Shown in pieces: positions 10,491 through 22,600 of a DNA stretch of 64,000 nucleotides. Source of the DNA: Felis catus (Eukaryota); assembly GCF_018350175.1 (NCBI RefSeq), contig NC_058377.1, positions 114,948,001-115,012,000 on the forward strand, written 5' to 3'. The number at the start of each line of letters is the position of its first letter. The first letter of the stretch is position 1. Made by a program: the position numbers and the translations under genes. Under the pieces are notes generated by a model. That model was not told where the DNA came from. It ran no database searches and saw nothing but the letters and a program-made list of their open reading frames with translations.

Positions 10491-12844
10491 GGGGGCCCCC
10501 GCGCCCGCGGTTCGCGGACTGGCTTCTGGGGGAGGTCGGCAGCGGCCGCTACGAAGGCCTGCGGTGGCTGGACGCGGCCCGCACGCGCTTCCGCGTGCCT
10601 TGGAAGCACTTCGCGCGGAAGGACCTGGGCGAGGCCGACGCGCGCATCTTCAAGGTGGGCCTCCAGCCAGAAGGGAGGGCCGGCCCAGGCCCCGGCCCGC
10701 GCCCCCAAGCTCACACCTTCTTCCCCCTGACCCCAGGCCTGGGCCGTGGCCCGCGGCAGGTGGCCGCCCAGCAACAGCGGAAGTGACCAGCTGGCTTCCG
10801 AAGGCCCGCTCCGCGCCAGCTGGAAAACCAACTTCCGCTGTGCGCTGCACAGCACCCAGCGCTTTGTGATGCTGCAAGACAACTCGGGGGACCCCACCGA
10901 CCCGCATAAGGTGTACGCGCTCAGCTCCGCGCTCAGCTCCGCACCGGGGTGGAGAGGTGAGGAGCCCGCGGGAGGCAGGTCGTCCAGGGCGGAGCCACGG
11001 TGCCAGGACCCGTTGGGACTTTGCACTGGGCAGATCTGTGGTTTCTGAAACTGGCCTGGAAGAGGCTGGAGCCCGGTTGGGGAGGGCGGGGAAAGCTTAT
11101 GTGGCCTGCTGGCACTAGCAGGGGACGGGGTCGGGGGCATCCACACCCAGTGTCCCAATTTCCGAGTCTCATCCCAGTTCTCCCTCAGAAGGCCCAGGCA
11201 CTAACCAGGGGGACGAGAAGGCCCCGGAAGACGCCCGACCCTTGATGGTAAGGTTGCTCTGGCCTCCCGGCTCCCAGGTGGGGGTCTCCACTCCTCGATG
11301 GAGCCAGGAGATGCTTACGCTGGCCCTTCTCCTGCAGGGTGGGCTCCCTAGGCCGTGCCCGGCGGGAGCTGCTGCTGAGAGGGAGGGGCCCAGGCTGAGC
11401 TCTGAGCCCTGTGCCCCCAGCTCCCCTTTGGGCCCTGCTGGCAATGCTGGGGACCTCTTGCTCCAGGCTCTGGAGCAGAGCTGCCTGGAGGACCATCTGC
11501 TGGAAGCTGCATGGGGGTTGGACCCTATCCCCCCGGAGGTCCCTGGTGAGACGCTGGGTTGGGTGGGAGTGCTCTACCTTGCAGGGCCCCGTGCCAGGGG
11601 GAGGAGCAGGCAGGACCGCAGAGTCATTGTAGAGAAAGGGGAAGGGGAGGGGCGGGTAACCAGTAGAGACAGTGCCAGCCACAGCTGGGCCAGTACAGCT
11701 GCTTCCTCGGTCACCCTCCTCAGGCCCAGCGCTCCCCAACATGGTGCCATACCTGCCTAGGGCAGTGGAGACAGCCCCCAGCCCCAGGCTGCAGGCCCTG
11801 CAGCAGGCCCAGGTGACAGGTGAGAGGAGTCGGGCGCAGGGCGTGAAAGAGGGAGGGGCTGGGGGACCCGGTGCCAGCTTCCGCCTTCCTCCCCAGACGC
11901 AGGCCCGGCCCCAGCCCTGGAGCCCTGGCAGCCCCCACGGGAGGCGGCGCCTGGCATCCGGACGGCAGGTGAGGTCGTGGCCGGGCCCGGCCGCTCACAG
12001 ATCGGGTCACAGGCAGAGCCCAGCCCGGGGGCCCTGGAGGTGACCATCATGTACAAGGGCCGCACAGTGCTGCAGGAGACGGTGAGGCGTCCGAGCTTCG
12101 TGTTTCTGTATGGGTCCCCCAGCCCAGCCGCCGAGGCCGCAGAGCCCCAGCACGTGGCCTTCCCGAGCCCGGCGGAGCTCCCGGACCAGAAGCAGCTTCA
12201 CTACACAGAGAAGCTCTTGCAGCACGTGGCCCCCGGCCTGCAGCTGGAGCTCCGGGGGCCCAGGCTGTGGGCGCGGCGCCTGGGCAAATGCAAGGTCTAC
12301 TGGGAGGTGGGCGGGCCCCTGGGCTCCGCCAGCCCCTCCACGCCCCCGTGCCTGCTGCAAAGGAACCAGGACACCCCCATCTTCGACTTCAGCGCCTTCT
12401 TCCGAGGTCAGTGATGCACCCGGCAGGGGCGGGGGCCGCTGCCCTCCCCGGCCCCTCTCCTGCCCTCGTCCTGCTCACCACAGCCCTGCCCTACAGAGCT
12501 GGTAGAGTTCCGGGCTTGCCGGCGTCGGCGCTCCCCGCACTACACCATCTACCTGGGCTTTGGGCAGGACCTGTCGGCTGGGAGGCCCAAGGAGAAGAGC
12601 CTGGTCCTGGTGAAGGTGAGGCACGGGGTCCCGTGGGCAGGGCCGCAGGCAGCCCAGCCCGTCTGGCCTGACGACATCCTCCCTGCAGCTGGAGCCGTGG
12701 CTGTGCCGGGCGCACCTGGAGTACGTGCAGCGAGAAGGCGTGTCCTCCCTGGACAGCAGCAGCCTCGGCCTCTGCCTGTCCAGCTGCAACAGCCTCTACG
12801 AGGCCCTGGAGCACTTCCTCATGGAGGTGGAACAGCCCGCCTAA
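10389..12844 (+). CDS. IRF7: Interferon regulatory factor 7, 9 coding exons, 516 aa
   Basis: Exons: 10389-10408, 10492-10654, 10737-10956, 11189-11247, 11338-11545, 11724-11819, 11897-12406, 12497-12615, 12689-12844; total 1551 nt. Tryptophan-repeat DNA-binding domain (FADWLLGEV...[13 protein letters not shown]...AWAVARGRW...WKTNFRCAL), IRF association domain ([10 protein letters not shown]...KCKVYWEVG) and C-terminal Ser cluster [14 protein letters not shown]. Confidence 0.97.
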
Positions 12845-12866
12845 GCGCCAGAGCCCTCTGCAGTCC

Positions 12867-12872
12867 AATAAA
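12867..12872 (+). terminator. Polyadenylation signal of IRF7
   Basis: AATAAA 22 nt after the TAA stop. Confidence 0.85.
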
Positions 12873-13641
12873 AGCAAACCACGAAACCAGCGCTGGTGTC
12901 CTGAGCAGGGGCGGGCTGAGGGGTGGGGCCGGAACTCAAGAAGGGGCCCCCCAGACTTCGAGGCTCCCCGCGCATGCCCCGGAAGGGAGGTGACCACCCC
13001 TCACCCGCCCACACACCCGTCCTTTTCTGTCTTCGTAATGAAGAAACAGGCCACACGCTTCAGAGCCAACAAACTCTACTCAGAATACAAAATGCTCTGG
13101 GGACAGCAGGTGTTTGCTCCTGCCAGGTGTGCTGGGGAGGGGGACGCGTGAATGGCCGACTCTATGCCGTGTGCAGGGCTCTCCTGCCTTCCAGATCCAC
13201 CAACGCTGTGCTCTGCCCCATGGGAGGGAGCAAACCGCGTCATTTACAGAACATCAAACAGAAAACGTGGGAAGGGCCTTCCCTTAATAGGATAGAAAAT
13301 AAAATGAGGCCATCTGTGAGCTGGGTCGGGGAGCCCCCCTGCATTCCCCTGGCCCCTCCTGATCCCAAAGGCTTCACCTTTCAAATACTGAGTCAATCAA
13401 GAAGTTTCTAAAGATAATCCATTTTTGATAAATTAGAACACCATGGAAACAGTGTGTATCTATAATATACATATAAAAAAGTCCAGTTTTGAACCGTGAG
13501 CAAGACAGGGGCACAGACCACGTGTGGTCACAGGAACCCTGAACACAGGAGTGATGGCTGTCTCCAGAGTTGTCTGCTCCTGCCTCTCCCAACAGAGTGG
13601 CTCGGGGATGGGGACTGGTGCCCCCTTGCTCTGTGCCCGGC

Positions 13642-16600
13642 TCAGCTCTCGGTGCCCTGGGGGGGTGCCTCCTCGCCGGCCTCAGCCCTCCTGTGTCTGC
13701 GCATGTGCCTGTACTTGTCCACGTAGGCCTTGACCAGGTTGGCCACCTTCACGGGGTTGATCTCCCCGCTCTTGCTGTGGCATATCTGGGGGGCAGGGGG
13801 TGGTGGGGAGGCACAGTTTACTCAGATGTCCCCATAGTGGTCATGGGCCCTCAGAGTCCACATCACAAGGGACAGGGCACAACCTGCCCACCTGCCTCCC
13901 ACGACTGCTGAGGGTCCGTCTCCAAGCCCGAGTGGTGCAGCCAGTGGGCTCCAGATCTGAACCTGACACCCTGGGCCTGAGAACTGCCCACCTCCCGGGG
14001 TCCTGTCTTCCTCCCGGCTGCAAGCTCGGTGTGCTAACTACCCTCTGCCACTCAGCCTATTTAACGAGTGACAAGGATGCTGTTCCGTCCCCTCACACAC
14101 ACTGTCTACTCTTCCTGAGCACCTATGAGCTAGGGTGATGGGACACAACCGGCCCCTGGTGGCCAGGTCACACCAATATTGCCCCAGGCCTGGCTGCACA
14201 ACCCCGGGCTGGAGCACCTTCCGGAGCCCGCATCAGCGGGAGACAGCACAGACCCGCCCCCGGGGACACCTGACCAGGGTGCAGCGCCCACACCCACCTT
14301 CTGCACTGCCTTGCGGAGAATGTCCTTATACTCGTCCTTTGTCACCTCCCTCTTCTGATAGAAGGGCTTGATGGCCAGCTTCACCTCCTCCACCGCCCGC
14401 TCCTGCGTGTGCAGCTTCTTCATGTACTGAGAACAAGGACACCTGTGACCACCCGGCCCCGGGGGCACCCTTTAAGGAGAGGAGCCCGCCCCTGAGGAAG
14501 GAGGACGGACACTCACCTCCTCGGTTTTGGCCTTCTCCGCGGCAGGCCTGGGAGCAGCTGCTCTCTCCTCAGAGTTGCCAGCGACAGTGGCGTGGCCGGC
14601 TGGCTCTGAAGCCGTGGTCGGGGCAGTGGGCGCCGGGGCTGGGCTCTGTGCAACCCCACCGCTCGCCAGCGGGAGGCTCCCCTGCAGGATGAACTGGACC
14701 GTGGGCTGGCTGGCTGGCACGTAGGGCGGGAGACTCAAAGGGAGAGCTGGGGCGGTGGGCAGGTTGGGGGTATAAACCTGGGCAAAAATGCAGATCACTC
14801 AGCACAGATCTCAGGCTCCCGGCAGGAAGATCCCCGGCAGAGGGGGAAGTCCCTCAGCCTCAGCCCGGCACAGCCTGTGTGGCCCCGGCACACGACCGCG
14901 TCCCTCCGGCCCAGGCACCTACCTGAGAGGGCTCGGCGTCCGGGAAGCCAGACTCTGCATGTGCATAGCCAGGGGCAGGCGGCTCAGAGAAGGATGCCTG
15001 CTGGAACACCACCGAGGGCCCCACGTCTTCTGTTTCCCAGGCCCCCTCTCGGGGCTTCTGAGGCCTGTGGAGCGGCGTTCCTGAGGACCAACACGGGAGG
15101 TGGGTGCTCTGTGGTTACCCCTGGGCCACAGGCTGCTTCCTGGCTGGGAAATTCCAGAAAAGCATCCCAGCAGCAAGGACCACGGGCCAGGCTGCAGCCA
15201 TCTCCCTGCCCCATGGCCTACGCTACTGAAGTGACCAAAGAGGTCCACGTACCACCCAGGGAGAGAAGACCGCCCCCACATACTGGTGGCCGCTCCGGGC
15301 CACCCCCATCCTCACACGCTGCCCTGGCCACCCTGCCACCCTACTCACGCAGGCCTCGCTCCTCGGCAGGGACACCAGTCTCTGCTTCCTGCAGGTTCCA
15401 GGTGACTCTCTTCACCAGGGCTTTCGCCCGCAGCAAGGGGGTCTGAGAGGCGCCTTCCTCCTTCCCCGCAGGCACCCCAACCCCAGCCTGGCTTCCCAGG
15501 GTGCCGGGCGCCGTGGCAGCCCCAGCAGCATCCTGCTGGAGCAAGGGTTTCTCTTGGGGGCCCTGTGCCTGGGGCAGGGGCTGCGCAGCCTCATCATCGT
15601 GGATCAGTGCCACCTCGCGTCTGATGACAGCCACCAGGGCAGGGTCCTGCTGCTGGCTGGCTGGGGGCACCACAGGATTGGGTGGGAAGTCTCGCTCTGG
15701 GGAGGAATCTGTGCTCTCTGGGGAGGGCGGAGAGCTCATGTCATCAAGCTGCAGGAAGAAAGCGTCACTTGAAAACTCCTCAAAGACGTGCCCGGCCTCG
15801 ACAGAGTCCCCGTAATCAAGGTCCTCGGGTGGACACTCCGCGGGCACATCCGGGGCCTCCTTGTGGGCCTCGGCCCCTGCTGGAGAGGCGTCTGCTCCCA
15901 CGGAGACCAGTGGCTTGGCCGGCTGCTCCCTGTCGGGCTTCTGCTCCTCCTGGGGAGGGGGCACCAACTTCCTCTCAGGAGAGCGAGGCCTCGGCCGCTT
16001 CTCATGGGAACGAGGCCGCTGATGCTCCCGGGACCTGTGCTCCGTGCTCGGCGACCGTGGAGACCCGGACTTGCGCTTCCTCCGCTCCCGGGAGCTCCAC
16101 CTGACGCGGGGGCGCTCCCGAGGGCTCCTCTCCCGGGGGCTCCGCTCCCTTGTGTGCCGGTGCCTCCGGGCCCTCTCCAGGCTGCTGGGGGGGGAGCACT
16201 CCCTCCCCCGAGACCTGGACCCCGACCGCCTCCGCTTCCTCCTCCTGCTCTCCCTGCGTTCATGGGAGGAGCTGCCGGGGCTGCCTGAGCGGGACCGGGA
16301 CCGTGACCGCCGCCGGCCGCGTCCCCAAGAGTCCCTCCTCCTCCTCCTGCCCTCATCCTTCACCTTCTTCCGCTTGGCTCGCTCGTGGCTGCTGGAGTGG
16401 TCACTGGAGGACCTGCGGCCCCGGGCCTTGGGCTGCTGCCTCTTTAGGTGCCCTTCAGCCACCGGTGGAGACACCGACCGTGAGCTCCTCTCCCCAGAGC
16501 GGGAGCCGGAGCGGGTCCTCCTGTGCTCCCTGGCCTCAGCCCGCTTCCTCTTGGCCTTCTTCCTGCCACGGGAGCTGGATGTGGAGCGGGAGCAGGATGG

Positions 16601-19600
16601 GGGCCTCAGCTCCACAACCCTGTGGGTAGTTGTCTGCGGGGCGCCCGGGCTGGGTGGTGCCCCCGGCTCTACATCGGTCACGCAGGTCACCGTCCGCTCC
16701 TCGGAGCCAAAGAAGGTACTGCAGGGCAGCTGGTCCCTGTCCTCCCACGGCTCTGGGGGGGATGGCCTCTGCGCCCTGGAGGCCACGCCCTGGCCCTCGC
16801 GCTCCAGGTCGGAGGAACCCTCGGCAGCCCCCTCGCCCCGGAGCTCGAGCGCGCTGGCGGAGGACCCGCGAGGGGACTCAGGCTCCGTCCCAAAGACCTT
16901 TTCCACCGTGTAGGAGGTGACGCAGCGCACGGTCTGCAACGCCGGCGCCTTTGGGCTGTTGATGGAGATGGTGCGCGTGATCTCAGAGGGCAGGAGGCCA
17001 GAGCCCAGGCGCTCGGGGCTGCTGCCGGCGGAACCAGAGTCCGAGCCTGTGGGGTCGAAGGGGTCGTAGATCTCGCTCTTGAGCTGCTTGGCCTTCCTGA
17101 TGGAGAAGAGGGGAGCGGGGTTCTCTTTCCTCTGCACCTTATTGTCGACAGGCCGGAACGTGTTACAAAAGCCGGGGTTAGAGAGTCTGCCGGAATGTGC
17201 CGTGTTCCCGGGAATATTGATCCTGAAGCTCTCGAAGGTCGAGCTGACACCCTTCCCCTTTGAGGGTCCCAGCGTGGCGGGGGACTGGGATCCACCCCCT
17301 GAGTGTGTGCCAGGCTCTTGTGGGCCCCTGCTGCTGGGCTCGCCCTCTGCACGGGCGCCGTGGCTGGGCTGCCCGGGGCCCTCCCTGCCCGTGAGCCGGC
17401 TGATGCAGGAGCTGGGGATCTCAACGCGCTGCTCGCTGGCAGGGGCCGCATCCGCCCGCCGGCCGCCACCGTCCTCCCTTCTGACCTTCGGTATCCTGGG
17501 TAGCTCTGAGATGCTGGGCCTCCTGGGAGCTGGCTTCACGGCCTGTCCCTGCAGCGCACTGGCACGCGGCAAGTGAGAGCAGCTGCCCGAGGTCTTAGAG
17601 GACATAGAACTAAGGGGCCGAGCGTGCCTGCTGTCGCCATCACATCCAGGGGCGTCACTGTGCTTTAAGCCAGGTCTGCTTACGTTTGACAGGTTCTGAG
17701 CCTGACCTGACGGAGGGGTCACGGAGGAGTCCAGTCTCACGGCTGCCGCTGGGGTGAGAGCGGGGACGCAGGAGGGGGTGGGACCGCCGTGGCAGCGCAG
17801 CCCCGCACTCTGGAGCCCGCTGCCTGAGCGTGGCGCTCCGGGCAGCAGGCAGGCCCCGGGGCCTCTGCCCCCTCGGGGTGGAGCGCCTGAGCTTCTCGGA
17901 AAGGAAACGGGTGCTGAAAGACACGAGAGTGAGTGGCCATCAGTTTCCACTGCCTCCTTTAAAAAGCGGTCATTTTGTTGGTCCAGATCGAGATGACTTT
18001 CTCTTAGAAGCTGGGCTTTTAAATTCCTATCCCTACTCACTCCTTGGGCTAGAGTCCTGTGCTCCTGGGGGCACGGGGTGAGAGGCCCCCGGCCACACCC
18101 ACGAGCAGTGCTCACTGGCCGCTGGAAGCGCCTGTGCCTGTTACACAGGGAGGCCCAGGAGGGGCCACCCGGCTCTGCACTGCCCTGCCCCCCATGGCTG
18201 GGCACCCCCAACCCCGAACACCCTCTAGGGCCCGGATGTGCAGGGGAGGGCTCCACAGCAGCTGGTTCCGTGGGCTCTGAGAGAACACATGCCAGCCACA
18301 TGCCAGCCACGCAGGGTCTGTGGGCTGCCCGGAGACCCCACCATCATCTAAACTCAGCCTGCAAACCCTGTTCAGAAAGCGATGCTGACTTAACGGAAGC
18401 ATGACCTCACGCAGAAAACTGCTTTTAGGTACGTTCTGAACAGAAACCTATTTTAGTTCAACGGTCTCGTCAGGACCCGTGGCTCACATGCCCCTCTCAA
18501 CCGCCCCGAGCATCGAGGCAGAGAGGGCGCCCCCGCAGGCTCCACTGGGTGTCATGCAGAGGCCTCCTCACCTGCCTTCTTGGCACTGAGGGAGCCGTCC
18601 CGGTGGATGGTGATGTCTGCACCGTTCATCATCAGGAGGCTCTGGCCCGACAGGATGCTCCCCACTAGGTCTGGGACGGGGGCCTCGTCCACCTCTGGCT
18701 CGGGCGCCGCAGCAGGAACACTCCTCCTGCAGGTACAGACCCGTTGCTGCCTCCCCGTGCCCCCCTGCCGCCCCCCAGGTCCCAGCCCTGCCAGACCTCG
18801 GTGTGGGGAGGGCATGAGACACCCCTGCCCCCAGCAGCTCTGACAAAAGACAAGCAAGCAGGCTGCCTGGAGGTGAAATCCTCTGGTGCTTCTGGCCCCA
18901 ACTGCTACCAACAGGCAGGCTATTTACTGGTTTCGTTGTTTTTTTTGTTTCGTTTTTTGTTTTTTTTTTTTAAATCAGGAGTGAAATAGAAGGAAAGCAC
19001 CCAGCCAGGGGTGGCCGCCCTGGATAGCAGTCCCGTGACAGAGGTGGGCGGGCAGAAGCAGCCTCAAGCACCTGCAGCCTTCCTCCTGCTCCTCGTGCCC
19101 TTTACGGTGGCACGTCCTCGACAAACGGTCAAGGGAGGGGCCCTGGGAGAGGAGGTGCGCCAGCCCCCCCCCCCGACCACTGTCCCTGTTGGCACACACC
19201 TGGAGAGCCCCACGGACACGGGCCTGGCCACGGGCCGGTGAGAGCGCAGTGCCGACTGGGACAGAACCCTCCTCTTGGCGCTCAAAGGGGAAGCAGGGTC
19301 CGCAGACTGCTCCTCGCTGCTGGAGAGAGCACACGGGCCACAGGAGCGGTGACCCCCACGGAAGGCCCAGGAGACCCCTTGTCAACCACACACATGGCGG
19401 CACCTGTGCCCCAAACCCGAACACGGGACCCACGTAGCAGCTTCGTGTCAGCAGCTGCATGCACCTCTGGGCGGGCCCAGGGCAGCAGGGACCGACACGC
19501 AGAACACCTTTCTCCCTGTTAGTGGCTGAGGACCTACGGTGTCCCTTCTGGGCACCACCTGGGGGGGTCCGACGAGGGTGGGAGACTCAGGAACCGTTAC

Positions 19601-22600
19601 CCTCTCTTTACAAACGTGGGATCTGGGGCCCACTGTCCACGAAAAGAGGGGGAAGCCCCTCCCTGCGGTTACCTGTCAAAGGGGTCCAGCTCATAGGGGT
19701 CTCCGAAGAGCGACAGAGTGGCCACCCCGATGTCTGCACGCATCAGCCCCAGAGAGGGGTCCGCAGGCTTGTGCACTGACGGGGTGCAGGCCCCGCGGAC
19801 GGGACCCCGGAGGCCCAGCGTCCGTGCAATGCGGGACCGAGCTGTGGCTTCATTCTGAACCGAAGTCACAAAAAAACCAGGAAGGGTGAGTGAGGCTCTA
19901 GAAACACCAGTGCAAGGACTAGTCTGCACAACACACACCAGACTGAGTAAGCGCTAAACCACAGCTGACGGCTTCCGCTGGGGGAACAATAGCGTTTCAG
20001 AGGTTTTGCCCCAGAGTTGAGGACTACATCCCAACAGCCCCGACCCCCGCAACGCAAAACCACCGTCCGGTGATGTCCATCCACCCGAGGACGAGGGCTG
20101 GGGGGGGGGGGGGGGGGGTGCTCCCACCCCAAGCACGTGCGGGCAGCAGCCCCTGGGGCACCCTGGCAGGGAGACGCTGACACACGCGGTCGGCTCTGTT
20201 CGGGGCGTGAAGGGCAGTGAGCCAGAGGGCTGACGTCTGCGCGGCGGGAAGCAGGCGTGCCAGCACCCACGTGCGGCCGCAGCTTCGGCTTCCCGTCCCT
20301 CCAGGAGTTCCGTCTGGACGAAGCACCACAGCAGGTGCTCGAATGCCCCGCCGAAAACTAACAGAAACGTCTATGTGAGCGTATACCACGTGCGTGTGTG
20401 TTAACCGGGCAAAGGCGACGACCTTGAGCAGGAATTCACACACGGACGCGGCAAACGCTTGGCTGCAACTGAGCTTTTTATGTTTTATGTACTGGTGTGC
20501 TTTAACCGTCCAGCCCGGGAGCTGGGGTGAGGACAGACACCACGGAGCAGGACGCACAGCACAGGCGGGCGCTCACCGGGGGAGGCGCGCACACACTCAG
20601 AAGGCCCGCGGCAGACACGCGAACGAGGGTAAGGAACAGCCTGGGACGGCGTCCGCTCCCCACCCTCTGGCCTGTCTGCCCCTCCGCACCCCGCAGGGCC
20701 CACCTCTGGGGTGCCCGGAGCTGCACACGACCCCTCCCTCAGGATGCCCAGCTCCAAAGGGTCCTGGCAAAACTCTTGTCCCAGCCCCACCTGTACTCTC
20801 TGCTGCAGAAAAGGGTCATGTTTATCAGCGACTCTAAGTAAACACAGAAAGGAGGCCTCGTCCGAGTCCCACCCCGCTACCCGAGGGGCTACCTTCGACC
20901 TCTTCCCTTTTCTCTTCTTAGCACGACCCTGGCGTTTCTTAGACCTCGTCCCGGAGCCCCTGCTCTTCACAGACGACCTGGACTGGGTCTTCCTTCTTCC
21001 CGACACCTTCTTCCGTCTTCCTACAAAGAGGACGTTGAGAGTCTGTGCTTTAACTGTGTGCCCTCAGGCCCCCACCCCACCCCACCCCACGTGTCCCCCT
21101 CCACGGACGTGCGTGCACTGCCAGGACCCGGCACGCAGACAACTATACGTAGTGGCTTCAGGTTTGTAAATGGAGAAATCATGAAAAAACAGTGCTTCCT
21201 CACAAAGGAGCAAGAGAGGGAACGCAGCGCACAGCAAGGACAGAGTGTGACTCTGGAGTTTGCTCTGATCTGTAAATCTGACTTTTGTCACCAGTAAATA
21301 TTTTACATCATTATGAAACAAAATTAAATGGGGGGAAAACAAAAAACAAAAAACCCCCTGACAACCAAGTTAGTAAAATGCAACGAAAGATCTGTGTCTG
21401 CTTGATCTGCCCAGAGGACTCCTTCCAACAGACTTAAAAACCGCCACGTATTTCCAGTAACACATCCTAGAGATTAAAGTGCACGAACACCCAGGCTTCA
21501 GGTGAGTCCGTCTCCTCAGGGGTGCCACCACGGGCTTGGGGGACCCTAATTCTAGGACACTCCAACACCCCCTGGAAAACCGCAGGGACCTCAGCCTGGA
21601 AGGAGGGGATTCTAAGGAGACAGAGGGATCGGCCCTCATGGCGTACGTACGTTTTAATACGCATCAAATGTATCTAGCTCCCTAAGTTCACGATGGGGCT
21701 AAAAATCCTAAGCGATCGTGATCGCTGCTGAGGAGGCTACTAGTCATGCGGTGGTTCTGAGAACTGGTCAATAAAGGAAACAAGCCAACGCCTTAAGTGC
21801 TTTGCCCACAAAAACCGCAGGAGTGGGAGGCAGCCAGTGCCAGGAGCAAAGGCTCTCTGCACCTTCCTCGGTGCGAGCGCGGGTCTGAGCAGAGCGCGGA
21901 GCGCAGAGACCGCAGCCAGGGAGCCCAGCAGTCACTGCTGCCCACCCCCCCGCCCCCTCCCCGGGCAGCTGGCAAACACAAAAGCAAAGAGCTAAGGACG
22001 CACAGCTCCACCAGCGGCCCGCGGTCTCTGCCCGCCGGGGAGCAGCGCGTACGGGCAACCCCACTAACAAGACGACACAGGGACACTTACCAGGCACAGC
22101 TGCTGGTGCAACGTGGATCTTGTTTGGCTCTGGATTCAAATATACTATTTTTAAAAATTCTACCTCACTTACGATACAATTAGAACCTTCAATACTAACA
22201 GATTAATGGGGTTAAGGAATTACTGTTCTCCTCCTCAGGTGCAACAGTGATACTGTGCTTAACTTAAAAAAAAGACATGGGGCACCTGGGTGGCTCGGTC
22301 AATTAAGCGTCCAACTTCGGCTCAGGTCATGATCTCACGGTTCGTGAGTTCAAGCCCCACGTCAGGCTCTGTGCTGACAACTCAGAGACTGGAATCTGCT
22401 TTGGATTCTGTGACCTCCTCTCTGTCCCTACCCTGCTCGCGCTGTCTCAAAAGCAAATAAACATTAAAAAAAATTTTTTTTTAAAAACGAAAGGAGAAAG
22501 AAAAGAAAAGAAGGAAGGAAGGAAGGAAAAGACAAGACACAAAGGCCGTGCTTCCAGGGCTCCTGGGAGGGAGCAGGTGAGTGAGGGAGAGGGAGGCCAG

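Noticed and set aside
10409-10491. IRF7H-like isoform starting inside this intron
   Set aside because: No ATG in the intron and an in-frame TGA at 10466-10468.
9536-11158. 540-aa ORF antisense to IRF7
   Set aside because: Lies in a very GC-rich CpG island where stop codons are rare; Gly/Pro/Arg/Ala low-complexity product, no recognisable domain, partly a shadow of IRF7 codons.
12740-12800. IRF7 Gly at the position of human phospho-Ser479 (SSSLGLCLS)
   Set aside because: As I recall mouse also has Gly here, so it is probably the ancestral state rather than a novelty.
15341-18310. 989-aa ORF as a separate gene
   Set aside because: It is PHRF1 exon 14 (15349-17913) plus a chance open intronic extension.
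20100-20118. Long poly-G/C runs (also about 24790, 49754, 59287)
   Set aside because: Homopolymer lengths are unreliable and common in GC-rich felid assemblies; no specific function can be inferred.
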